From Patescibacteria group bacterium (GTDB lineage Bacteria; Patescibacteriota; Minisyncoccia; Minisyncoccales; JANBVM01), in contig JANBVM010000002.1 in assembly GCA_024239015.1 (NCBI GenBank), positions 8,204 to 53,762 of the forward strand: 45,559 nt of DNA, given 5' to 3'. Positions within the stretch are counted from its first letter, which is position 1. Each line of letters begins with the position of its first letter. Both the position numbers and the translations under genes were made by a program. Below are positions 1-10,400 of the stretch, piece after piece. The notes below the pieces were generated by a model. It was not told the DNA's origin. It ran no database searches and saw nothing but the letters and a program-made list of their open reading frames with translations.

Positions 1-1
1 T

Positions 2-184
2 TACCCATTGAGAGTATGGAACAAAAACATCTATAATGCATGGCAACTATATGGTCATTCTCATGGAACCCTCAATCCTCTAAGACACCAATATGATGTA
101 GGGATTGATAACAATAATTTTTACCCCATATCTTGTCAAGAACTTATTACAATTATGAATGTTATGAATAATGATACTATGTAA
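2..184 (+). CDS. C-terminal end of calcineurin-like metallophosphoesterase (partial, runs off window)
   Basis: Manual translation from base 2: YPLRVWNKNIYNAWQLYGHSHGTLNPLRHQYDVGIDNNNFYPIS...*; GHxH and DVGxD motifs typical of small metallophosphoesterases. Confidence 0.75.
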   Translation, partial: YPLRVWNKNIYNAWQLYGHSHGTLNPLRHQYDVGIDNNNFYPISCQELITIMNVMNNDTM

Positions 185-236
185 GATAATCTTGAGAATT
201 TTTTTTTCTGAATAAATTAATAGAGGTTAAAAGGAT

Positions 237-406
237 ATGGAAAAAAAAGTGAACTTAAAAAGAAATTTTTATGCATTTATACTAGTGGGGCTTCTCGGGG
301 AAATCCTCGACTCGCAGCATATAGATTCGTTTTGGTAAATGCTGCAAAATTAATTCATCAAAATAGTTTTTTTGCTGGAAGAGCTATTAAATAATGAGTA
401 GACTAT
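237..406 (+). pseudogene. rnhA: RNase HI N-terminal remnant
   Basis: Frame from 269 reads LCIYTSGASRGNPRLAAY...FAGRAI then degenerate NNE..Y, matching RNase HI YTDGASRGNPG...TNNEAEY. Catalytic Asp is Ser; ATG at 237 is out of frame across an A-run; stops follow; truncated at about 403. Confidence 0.75.
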
Positions 407-630
407 TTTTCTAAACCCTTTTGGAAAATATCTCGAAGAATCTCTACGAAATCGACATTTCCTTCAGTTTTCATCTTATGTAGTTTTTGGTAGATGTTAT
501 TATTAAGAAATACTTCTAAAATTTCACTTATTATTCCTGAAGTCGTTTTTCCTTCTTCATCCTCCAAATTAAGTAATTTTCTATATAACTCTTTGCTTAA
601 AGACATAGAGAAACCTGGTAATTTAACCAC
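403..630 (-). CDS. Small ribbon-helix-helix (CopG-like) DNA-binding protein
   Basis: FSMSLSKELYRKL...GKTTSGIISEILEVFL fits the RHH beta-alpha-alpha pattern. Confidence 0.55.
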   Translation of the reverse strand: MVKLPGFSMSLSKELYRKLLNLEDEEGKTTSGIISEILEVFLNNNIYQKLHKMKTEGNVDFVEILRDIFQKGLEK

Positions 631-688
631 TTTTTCCTTATTTTTTACTTGGATATTATTTAATATTACCTCAGACTATTAAAATGAG

Positions 689-1918
689 TTAAATTATACC
701 CATTTTGTTGAAAATAATATTATCAGTAATATTTTGCTGAATTATTTTTGGCATTAGTCCGAATGCCTCTATCCCATCCCCCGAAACGGCATTTGGGAAT
801 GCTTTTTTCATGATATTATATGCTCCATTTATATCGGCATTAACTATCTTCCCTTTAGAAGTTTCAAACAACCCCCTTGAAATTCTTTTTCCTACATACT
901 TTTTATGTTTTTTGATAGATTCGTTATCCAAGAAAGAACATTTAGAAGTGTAAGATTCTTTAACACGATGAACTTGAATTCCTTTTAATAATGCTTTATA
1001 TTCGATCTTTTTTACCAATTTTAAGAAAGGGACTTGCACAAAGTTCTGATTATTCATTTTACCAATATTAATTTTCTGCTTCCAACCATGATTATACCCT
1101 ATTACAATTGTTCCAATATTATTATGAATACAATAATCAATGACATTCTTGGAGATTCGATGAAATAACGTATTTATCTTATTGTTTCGGATTAAGTGTA
1201 ACCTTTGGATTCGCTTAGTGTCAGTAAAATTACCTTTCTTATTTTCAATACTCCTATAATATGCTACCTGCTTGTTATAATATTGATTTATAGATTTTAT
1301 CATCCCACCTTTAATAATAAATGGCCTACATCCATTATTATTTACTGCAGTTATGAGATTATTTAATCCTAAATCAATTGCTAAAACATGATTTTGGTTT
1401 AATCCTAAGTCCTTTTCTTCTTTTTCATATACAATTTCAACTTTATATTTTATCCCTAATGGGATAATCCTTACTTCTTTTAGCCTTTCTGTAATTCTTG
1501 TTTTAATTGGGTTAATATTTACTCTATTTGGAAAGTGTAAATATCCTTGTTTTATCTTGCATTGCTGATTGGTGAAAATTACTACAGATTCGCCGTTTTT
1601 CCTTTTATATCCCGGGATTCTGGGATTTTTCTTAAATTTTTTTCTATTTTGTTTATATTCTTTAAGAGCTTTAAAATAAGATTTCCAATTTCTATTGACG
1701 TATTTGAGGATTTGCTGTGCAGTTTGAGAAGGAAGGTTCTGATATGCTTGTTTATGTTTCAGAATGAAATCTAAATCATAATAGGTTAAAATATTATTAA
1801 GATTAAAGAGATCCTGTCTTATATACCAATTAGCTAAATTGTAAAGGTTTTTAGCTAAATGACATACTTTTGACATTTCTATTGAAGGTTTTACGCAGAT
1901 AACTTCAGTTAATCTCAA
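689..1918 (-). CDS. tnpB: RNA-guided nuclease TnpB (IS200/IS605/IS607 OrfB)
   Basis: KNLYN N-terminus, RuvC-I LAIDLGLNN, ESYTSKCSFLD, RuvC-III NADINGAYNI; 409 aa. Confidence 0.93.
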   Translation of the reverse strand: MRLTEVICVKPSIEMSKVCHLAKNLYNLANWYIRQDLFNLNNILTYYDLDFILKHKQAYQNLPSQTAQQILKYVNRNWKSYFKALKEYKQNRKKFKKNPRIPGYKRKNGESVVIFTNQQCKIKQGYLHFPNRVNINPIKTRITERLKEVRIIPLGIKYKVEIVYEKEEKDLGLNQNHVLAIDLGLNNLITAVNNNGCRPFIIKGGMIKSINQYYNKQVAYYRSIENKKGNFTDTKRIQRLHLIRNNKINTLFHRISKNVIDYCIHNNIGTIVIGYNHGWKQKINIGKMNNQNFVQVPFLKLVKKIEYKALLKGIQVHRVKESYTSKCSFLDNESIKKHKKYVGKRISRGLFETSKGKIVNADINGAYNIMKKAFPNAVSGDGIEAFGLMPKIIQQNITDNIIFNKMGII

Positions 1919-1995
1919 ATCTTCTCATTTCTTTAATTTTTGCTTAAATATTCTTTCAAACCTACCTATTTAAATAAAAAGTTAAATTTAGAGGG
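689..1995 (-). mobile_element. Non-autonomous tnpB-only insertion element (ends not determined)
   Basis: tnpB with no adjacent Y1 or serine transposase; upstream motif shared with the second tnpB element. Confidence 0.55.
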
Positions 1996-2114
1996 TGAAA
2001 TAAATTATGATTTTTCAGATCTAACCAATAATTTAATTCCCGGATAAAATGATCTATTTGAAGAGATTAATTAAAAATATTTTGTTCACTAAAGATTAAG
2101 AATATAGTTTCCTA

Positions 2115-2405
2115 TTATGATATTTTTTCAATATCAACATTGAAGACATCCCCAACATTTATATCCAATACTTCCAAGCGTTTTTTCTTTATTGTTACTG
2201 CTAATGAATTTCCTGATTTTATTAATTGGCCATAAAAAATCAATTGGCTTTTAATCTGCTTTAAATCTTCGCTTCCTTTAATTATTTCTAATATTGTTAA
2301 TTTTACTTGATCTTTGTGATCAAGGTCCAACTGATCTAAAATAACAGGATCGAATCTTATACCAACGGATCTTCCTATTTTTTCAATTGTTATTGTTTCT
2401 TTCAT
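2115..2405 (-). CDS. Tandem AbrB/MazE/SpoVT-like (swapped-hairpin) DNA-binding protein
   Basis: Two repeats: KIGRSVGIRFDPVILDQLDL..DQVKL and KSGNSLAVTIKKKRLEVLDI..GDVFNV. Confidence 0.7.
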   Translation of the reverse strand: MKETITIEKIGRSVGIRFDPVILDQLDLDHKDQVKLTILEIIKGSEDLKQIKSQLIFYGQLIKSGNSLAVTIKKKRLEVLDINVGDVFNVDIEKIS

Positions 2406-3015
2406 TTTTTATTCATTTTTAAACACTTGTTTTATAATAGTCTTAATTTTTATTTAAATTTTAGAATAAATCTTATTATCATATTAATTAAAATCTTTTT
2501 CAAAATTAATTATTACTTTTACTAATAAAAACATATATTTTTTCATTTTTCATTAAATTTGCTATCACTTTATATTGAAGAGCATATATTTTTATATAAT
2601 ATTATATTATTATATTAATTGACATTAAAATTCTTATCAAATTTTTAAACAAAAAATAAAGATTCAAAATAATGATAAATCAAAAGACCATGTTAACGAG
2701 TAGAAAATCACATTATTTTTGCGAATTAAAGATCGATGAGAGAATGATCGATAAAAGAAAAACTGATAATTATGAAGTCTGGAATGATGAAATAACAGAA
2801 AAAATTTATGAAGTAAACAGGTTTAAGGAAATCAAAATAATAATCAGAACTTGTAATTCTTGAAAAGTAGACTATGAGGGAATAAGAAGACGCTGAAAAT
2901 TAAAAAAAGATATGCCCTCCATTTTAATAGAAATACGGTAAGAAAAATTCATTCATTTTGCGCTGTTTTTTACATAGAAATAAACGATTTTATTGTAAAA
3001 ACTGTTGGTTCCGAT

Positions 3016-3372
3016 TTGTTCGAGATAGAGGATGACATAGATGCGGAAAGGTATGAACTCTTTATAAACTACTTCAATTTATCGGAATTGAGTGGACTCC
3101 CAGGAGATAAAGTTATTCAAGAAGCCCAAGATAAAGAATGTATAATTACGGCAAAGTTTCCTCATTTAGTCTCATTAGCAATTGAAAATATATGCAAAGC
3201 AATTCATTGGAAGCCTGAAGCATTTATCGAGGGTATAGTATCTAAGATGATAAATAGTATAATAGATGACATTAAAAAATACAAGTATGGTTTTCTTGAT
3301 TTATATAAACATTCAGAATTTTCAAAAATAGTCAAAGCGGTCAATCTAATTTATAAAAAAAAATTGTTATAA
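3016..3372 (+). CDS. Hypothetical protein
   Basis: 118-aa ORF, co-oriented with neighbours; no motif recognised. Confidence 0.45.
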   Translation: MFEIEDDIDAERYELFINYFNLSELSGLPGDKVIQEAQDKECIITAKFPHLVSLAIENICKAIHWKPEAFIEGIVSKMINSIIDDIKKYKYGFLDLYKHSEFSKIVKAVNLIYKKKLL

Positions 3373-3479
3373 GAAATCTAGAAGGATAAAAATGAGAAAA
3401 ATTAATGATTTAGATTTTAAATTAGGATTAAAAAATCATCTAAAAAAATTAAGTCATTTAACTTAAAGGAAGGAAGTTT

Positions 3480-3962
3480 ATGAGTACAAGGTATACTGGT
3501 GAACAAAAATCTGACGGAAGTGTAATATCCGAAGTTAAAAAGTTATTTAGAAATATTTTTTTCAATGAGTATGAGGAATCTCGCACTTTTATTATTCTCT
3601 TATGGAATAAGGAAACGTTCTTGCGTGTATTGAAGGATAAGGAGTTCAGAAAACTTTTTGATAAAGTAAAAGATTCTTTCTATTCTAAACATAATGATTT
3701 TACATCTAATATTTCAGTTATTCCGAATACAGAATTAAAAATAATTAAAAGTGGAAAGAACTATTCTGAAACCCTTACAATTTTTGTTGATTTCATGAGG
3801 TTGAAGCTTATTACTAATCTTATTGGCGAATTACTTGAAAATATAAATCCAAAAGTATTAGAGCGCATAATTGAAAACCATTACCACAGATATCTGTCAG
3901 AATTCATTCATCTCCTAACTATTAAAATTTTATTTCTTTTGCTTATCTTAAAGGGTGAATAA
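3480..3962 (+). CDS. Hypothetical protein
   Basis: 160-aa ORF with purine-rich RBS-like upstream sequence. Confidence 0.5.
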   Translation: MSTRYTGEQKSDGSVISEVKKLFRNIFFNEYEESRTFIILLWNKETFLRVLKDKEFRKLFDKVKDSFYSKHNDFTSNISVIPNTELKIIKSGKNYSETLTIFVDFMRLKLITNLIGELLENINPKVLERIIENHYHRYLSEFIHLLTIKILFLLLILKGE

Positions 3963-4172
3963 ATGGGGAAAACGGAAATAAAAAAACCGACAAGTTACCT
4001 TTATTCAGGCACGGGATTTTCCTTACCCTTAAAATAAATTTCGCTTTAAAATCCAAATAAGAGAAGTCTGTATTGGTGATCTCATATAAATTTCATAAAA
4101 GAAGAAGAAGTTGGCAACAAGAAATCACATGAATTTGACTCTAAAAAGTCAAAAATTTTATTTCTTAAGAAA

Positions 4173-5420
4173 ATGGATGCTTTTTTTGACCAAAATACAT
4201 ACAAGAAATCATCATGGAAATGGTCCATTATTAAGTTTGGGAAGAGTATCAATTGGAAGATTAATTTTTCTGAAATTGATATAATTAACGGATTTAACTC
4301 AATAGAATATCAAAATCTTAGTGAAAAAACTCAACCTAGTTATAGAAGCAAGGTTTATAGCTTTGCTAAATGGTTGGGAAAAGACATAGTTGCAACTAAG
4401 TATATGTGGCGTACCAAAAGAAGATTGACGAATTTGAATTCATTTAAAAAATACATTCAACACGTTTACGACATTCTTGAGGGACATTCAAAAAGCAAGG
4501 TAAAAAATAAAGTTCCCAGCTCTCTGATGTTATACGGCGAATTTGCTAAATGGGATTTAGCGTTTGATAAATCAAGAATTTTAACCTGGTTTGAATCTGA
4601 AGGATTCAGAAGACTAAAAACTAGTACCCGATATAATTATTTACTCCGTCTTAAAAGTTTTCTTAAATTGGGGGGTAAAGAATCTCATTATTTAAAGACC
4701 TTTATCAAAAGAAAGAAAAGTGAAACTGAGGTGAAAGTAAGCAAATTCATAGAAAAAATGTGTATTTTAAGTGATGGGAAACTGATGACTCAAAAAAGAT
4801 TATTAAATGCAATAAACATATATCTTATGGAAAATGGTTTATCTATTATCACCAAAATGAAATTAACAATTTACTTAAATAAACTTGGGGTCAGACCTAA
4901 TCGGTCAACGAAGCATAAGGGATTAAAGAGCTATTTTGGGATTGATTTATCCCTCAGAGGAGAAACATTGTATGGTAATCATGAATTAGCTACCCGGAAG
5001 AAAAAACTTAATACCCTTAAGCAGATGGGGAAAAAATTAACTACCAAGGATGCTTGTGTGTTAATGAATTATGATCCTGTAGTCCAGTTCCTAAAAAGGT
5101 TCATGAATCTAAAAGAAATTAAGAAAAACTTTAATGTCCTTCATGATCTGATAAAGGGGGTCTGTAAAAGTATGTCACTACGCAGTATTACGCGCCAAGA
5201 AAAAGTGGTATTGTCTTTTATTTTATATGTCGGTATTGACTCCTATTCGCAGGAAAAGGCCTGTAATTTAGTTGGAATCCATCCCGACGCAATCAGGCGT
5301 TTTATAAAAAAAATAATACCACTATCATTGAAAATAATACGGTTGACAAAATCCAAGAAAAAGGAAGTAAGAAAATATTTTTTAGCCTTAGCGGGAAAGA
5401 ATAATTCATTGAATACGTGA
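4173..5420 (+). CDS. Chimeric DNA-binding protein: two integrase SAM-like segments + D5/P4-primase-type winged helix + TFIIB-like C-terminal HTH
   Basis: LSEKTQPSYRSKVYSFAKWL and LKTSTRYNYLLRLKSFLK; KFIEKMC...ENG...LGV...YFGIDL; ILYV...SQEKACNLVGIHPDAIRR. Confidence 0.5.
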   Translation: MDAFFDQNTYKKSSWKWSIIKFGKSINWKINFSEIDIINGFNSIEYQNLSEKTQPSYRSKVYSFAKWLGKDIVATKYMWRTKRRLTNLNSFKKYIQHVYDILEGHSKSKVKNKVPSSLMLYGEFAKWDLAFDKSRILTWFESEGFRRLKTSTRYNYLLRLKSFLKLGGKESHYLKTFIKRKKSETEVKVSKFIEKMCILSDGKLMTQKRLLNAINIYLMENGLSIITKMKLTIYLNKLGVRPNRSTKHKGLKSYFGIDLSLRGETLYGNHELATRKKKLNTLKQMGKKLTTKDACVLMNYDPVVQFLKRFMNLKEIKKNFNVLHDLIKGVCKSMSLRSITRQEKVVLSFILYVGIDSYSQEKACNLVGIHPDAIRRFIKKIIPLSLKIIRLTKSKKKEVRKYFLALAGKNNSLNT

Positions 5421-5517
5421 ACCTATCCCGTTTATGTTTAAACTTAAAGAAACCCAGCTAAGGTAATTATCCTTTTCAAATTTATAGATTTTTTTTAAAA
5501 AGGAATTATAATCTCAA

Positions 5518-6174
5518 ATGAAAGCTCGCCATAAAGATAATCTTACTGCTATTTATGGAATAGGAAGCTTTTTCGATAGAAATCTCCCGTCAACATGGAT
5601 CAAAAACGATATTGACTTAATATTAGTCGTAAAATCAATTAAGAACATCCCTAAAAAAGTATGGGATAAGAGGTTTTACCCAGAAGAGATGAAGGGATCT
5701 TCGGTATTTTCTGGTTATAATAATCTAGAAATGTACAAGAGCAAAGAAAAATTTAAGGAGTCCTCAAGTGCAAATTATGAATGGGCTATACTTGAAATAA
5801 ACAGTCCCGAAAACTCGAAATTATTATATGGAAAGGATATTGGGGATCAGTTACCTGATATAGCATCCCTTACCTTTGATTATGACGATATCTTGGCAAG
5901 AGGACTGTATCATCTTGAGAAAAGTTTACGGGAAAAGGATAGTATTGCGCTGAATGAACTTTCAAAAGCAATCCTTAAGACTGCTTTCCATATGTGTGTC
6001 TATTTTTTGGATAATTTTCATTACACTTCTGTTATTGAAATTGGCGAAAGTCTTAAGAAAATAGTAAAAATAGTTAAACCCATTAAGTATATTGAAGTTT
6101 CGATAGAAATTAATGAGGAAAGCAAAATCTCTATCTCAACAATTTTTCCGATGAATTCTGGCCAATATCTTTGA
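5518..6174 (+). CDS. Pol-beta-superfamily nucleotidyltransferase domain protein (C-terminus possibly truncated)
   Basis: AIYGIGSFF (hG[GS]) and NDIDLILVV (DxD) motifs followed by a helical domain. Confidence 0.7.
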   Translation: MKARHKDNLTAIYGIGSFFDRNLPSTWIKNDIDLILVVKSIKNIPKKVWDKRFYPEEMKGSSVFSGYNNLEMYKSKEKFKESSSANYEWAILEINSPENSKLLYGKDIGDQLPDIASLTFDYDDILARGLYHLEKSLREKDSIALNELSKAILKTAFHMCVYFLDNFHYTSVIEIGESLKKIVKIVKPIKYIEVSIEINEESKISISTIFPMNSGQYL

Positions 6175-6710
6175 ATTTTTGAGTTTCGCGAGAGGCAATA
6201 TGCCCTTATAATTAGTTTTTTTAAAAATATTAATCAGACAGGTTAAAGGGTTGGAAAAAGAGATATTCTTTGTTATTAATAAATATATTAACATAATTCT
6301 CTTGATAGGTCCAAATTAAATAATGTATATATCGGAGTATCTTTCGGACGAAAACACGAAATATTTGGTTTTAGAATTTCTATTTCTTTACAGTAATACC
6401 CATCTTCGTCTTTCACACTATAAATATATCTTTTACATAACTCCGGGACACCTATCAAATCATCTTGTGTTTAATTCCAATTGTACTTTCATTTTTTTAG
6501 ATTATTCAACTTTATTATTCCATTATGCGATAGTTCTTTAATTTTCTTAAAGCGACAAAAACAGTATTTACATTGAAAATTACAATAAGGTCAGAAATGA
6601 AAAATAACACTTTCTAATACCACAAGTCAATGATTAATTATGCCTTTAAAAATGAGTGTTTAATCGCTATTTTATAAATTATTGAATGACCGTTAAAGAA
6701 TAAAGTTATA

Positions 6711-7454
6711 ATGATGAAAATCATAATAAATTTGATGAGATTAAAATTAACAAGGGAAAATTTTTCAGAAAGACAAATACAGATTTTGAATATTTTATTT
6801 GAAAAGGAGTATCAACAAAAGGAGTTACAGGAACAATTGTGTACATCTGCGCCGAATTTACATTATCATTTGAATCGATTAGAGGAATTAGACATGATAA
6901 GGAAAAAAACGCTTTATAAAGTTGGAAATGTAAAAATTAATTCGATTTCTTTGAATCCCGCAACTCGTTAGCAAGTCAGAAATATCTTAGGAAAAGAGGT
7001 AAAGAATTACACATTAATAACCGGATTTGGGTCTTTAAAGACAGGATATCGCGTTCCAGATTTAGTATTAAACATTTTAAGGAAATATAAATTTCCGATT
7101 ACTCGAACAATATGCTTTACAACTCCCGATGGTAAAGCGAAAAGGGATGACCATATAACTGACGAAAATTTAATAAAGATTGATGAATTCGTTATTCTCC
7201 CTTATAGAGAATATCGGCATACTGAATCTGAATTTTTTCAACGAATTGAAGATATTTTAAGTAAAGAAATGAAAGAAGCAGATATTATTATAGACTTAAC
7301 ACCATTGAGCAAATTATTTTCGTTTAAACTTTTAGAACTTGCTAATAAATATCTTTTACCCTGTGTCTATTTAGGAATAGATAAAAATGAGGAAGATAAG
7401 TTATTTTGGATGGGAGAAATGAGAATAGAGGGGGAAATTCAACCCTTTGTTTAA
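6711..7454 (+). pseudogene. wHTH-CARF-like transcriptional regulator interrupted by one in-frame TAG (6969-6971)
   Basis: ORFs 6711..6971 and 7269..7454 share a frame with no other stop between them. N-terminal wHTH (QQKELQEQLCTSAPNLHYHLNRLEE); CARF-like motifs TLITGFG, ICFTT, IIIDLTPLSK...CVYL. Confidence 0.7.
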
Positions 7455-7479
7455 ACAAAAATATAATTATTGAATAAAG

Positions 7480-10400
7480 ATGAAACAAAAGGAAAGGAAT
7501 AAAAAAGAAATAAATACCATTAAAGAAAAATACGATCCTTATTTTCTTTTAGAACGTTTTATATTCAGGCAACGTGTTGAATTTATAAACCAAATAGAAA
7601 CAATTCCTAAAACTAATTATAAAGAAGTAGGAAGAGAATTACTTCTCCAAAATCTTTTTCTTAAAAAAATTAGACTTGATCCTGGGTTTCGGTTTAAAAT
7701 ATACGATGAATTAAATCAAAATAAGGGAATTTTAAGGAGAATAAAGAGAGAAATTATAAATTTTGTCCAAGAATCGGATTTATTTAAAAATTTCCAATCT
7801 CAGTCTAAAAAAATCGATAAGGATTTAGAGATTTATGAAATGAGATTTAGAATTCAAGACATCGGTGGCTATAATTATCCAAAAATTTTTACCTCGGCTC
7901 TCTTACCTACTAAAACTAAAAAAAGTTGGTTTCATCAAAAATGGAAAGCCTATATGGAAGCAGGGAAAAAACCAGAAGCTTATGCCGCTGAATCAATTCT
8001 TATGGAATTTATTACTGAATATCATCAGGGATATTATTTATTTTGGACAACAAATCCCTATGGTGAAAACCGAAACGCCTATCATTATTTATTAAACGCT
8101 ATAAGAGAAGTTGTTGAGAATATTAATCCATTCTTCTTGGATTATATAGATGCTCAAAGAAATAACATTTTATTATTTGAATCTATGCAAGATATCATTG
8201 ACAATTTAAATTTTCAGCTATTATTAAAGGATATTAATGAATATATTGAACACTTCCAAGATATTGTAAAAAGTGAAGCAGATTTATTAAATAAAGTAAA
8301 ATTAAGAAGATCTTTTTTTGTCATTGCAGGAATTCTTTATTTTAATTCCTTAAAAACCAAAATTAAGTTAAATTATTTAAATCGATTCTATGGTATTGAT
8401 TTTGTTATAGAATATTTTTTAAAAAATCCAGATTTTTATGATTATAATCAGTTTATAGGAGATTTACCAATTTGGTATAAATTTGGATTTCTTCCAGATT
8501 TTCAACCAATTCTAGAAATCAACTTAGAAAAATTTGAAAATGAAGTTAAGGTTAATTCAGCTAAAGGAAATATAAATGTACTACTTATTTTGACAAAATA
8601 TCTCTGTAAATCCTTAATTGAACAGAAGAAATATAATAAAGCATTACAAATATTGTTCGATAAATTTCCATTTCTTAATGATTGCAAAGAAGCATTTAAG
8701 AACTCTAAGGAAGTATTAATAAACCTAATAGATCCAAAATCCTGTGTTCAGATCGAAATTCTATTTTTATTGGCAAAAATGGGAGCAAAATCAAATAAGA
8801 ATGCAATTGTTAAATTTGTAATTAAAATTTACTATTTAATGCGGAATAGGGAGGACAATACCAATAATAAAATAAAATTTGAGATTTTAAGAAGTATTTT
8901 ATATCGATTAGTTAATGATTTCAATAATGAAAGAAAAATTATTAATAGCTTGAATGTTAACTTTAAGGAATTACTAAAAAACAAAGAAACTAATCCATTT
9001 GAAGTTGTTTTTTCATTATTTCCCCCTAATTTATTAACTTCAGAAGGCTTTCATTATGCAAAAAATAAACCTTTTATTCATGATTTTGAGTCCATCGAAA
9101 TATTTGAGAGAGAACCTTTGATACCTTTGAGTTTTGAAACGTATTTTATTTATGCTGATTATAGAAAAATAATTTTACAGAATAATGCAAATAACATTTT
9201 GGTATTTAATGAAAATTTCAGGGAGCTAAACAAATTATTAAATAGATGTCTTGAAGCACAGTCAATGGCAAGTTTTAACCAAGCAGTAAGATTAAGATCA
9301 GATATTGAAGAATCATCCTATCAAGAATATGAGAAGGAAAGATTGAAAATTATTTATGAAACACTTGCCTTTCCCTTTTTATATTTTAAAGAATATGGTT
9401 CTGCTATTTACTATCTAAATCTAGCACTAAAATTCAAGCCTGCTGATGCTTATTATAATAAATATTTAACAATTTTACATTTATTTCAAGAGGACTATGA
9501 GAAAGCTAGTAAAAATTTATTTAAGATATATCAAATTAGTGATCATTTTACTTATATGAGTGTTAATGCTAATATGAAGTCATTATTTCAGTATTTAATT
9601 ATTTGGTTTAAAAAAGATAAATTCAATAAATTAATTTTGAAAATGATTAGTGAACCTGAATATATTAAAAGCTTTGTAAAAAAACTTGATATTATTTATT
9701 GTGATGTTGGAGTATCTTTAGCAGATTTGGGTTATTTTGATGACGCTATTGAATATTTTAACAAGGCATTGGATATTACTCAGAATGATGATTTTAAGGC
9801 TTCTCTTTTGAATAACATTGGAACAGTTTATAGTGATACAATAAAACTTAATAATGCTATAGAAAAATTTGAATTGGCTCTTGAAATTAATCCCAATAAT
9901 CCAATATTTTGGAATAATTTAGCAAAAATGTACCAATTTAAATTGAATAATATAAAAGCAAAAGAGATTTTTCTAGAAGCAGAAAAACACTTCAAAGATA
10001 TAGATAAAAAAACTGCCGATATAATGTACGCTCATAGTTTAATAATGGATATGCATATAATGGGCATTATTAATTTAAATATCGTACATGAAAAAGACGC
10101 TTTATCACATTTTAAATTAGCTGGGCAACTTGTTAGAAATGTAAATAATTTAAATAACTTAACTGAAAATACAGGTATTATTTTTATAGAATTAACAAAT
10201 GGATTTGATTGTTGTTTTCACTCTACATTTTCTAAGAGTTTTTTAGATGTATTAATAAATGTGTATCCAAGTAAATCAAAAATTCCAGATGAGGACTGGA
10301 AAAAACTACCTTTAGGCTTAAGAGAACTATGGAAGGGAAATCATATGTCAATGGGTCATATATCTTTTTTAATTGATGAGCTATTAGATCCAAATTCAAA

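Noticed and set aside
4173..5420. Tyrosine integrase call
   Set aside because: Only core-binding-like segments; no R...HxxR...Y catalytic set
6100..6600. ORF 6323..6541 (+) and minus-strand open stretches
   Set aside because: The + ORF looks like antisense shadow; minus-strand fragments look like a degraded gene I cannot identify
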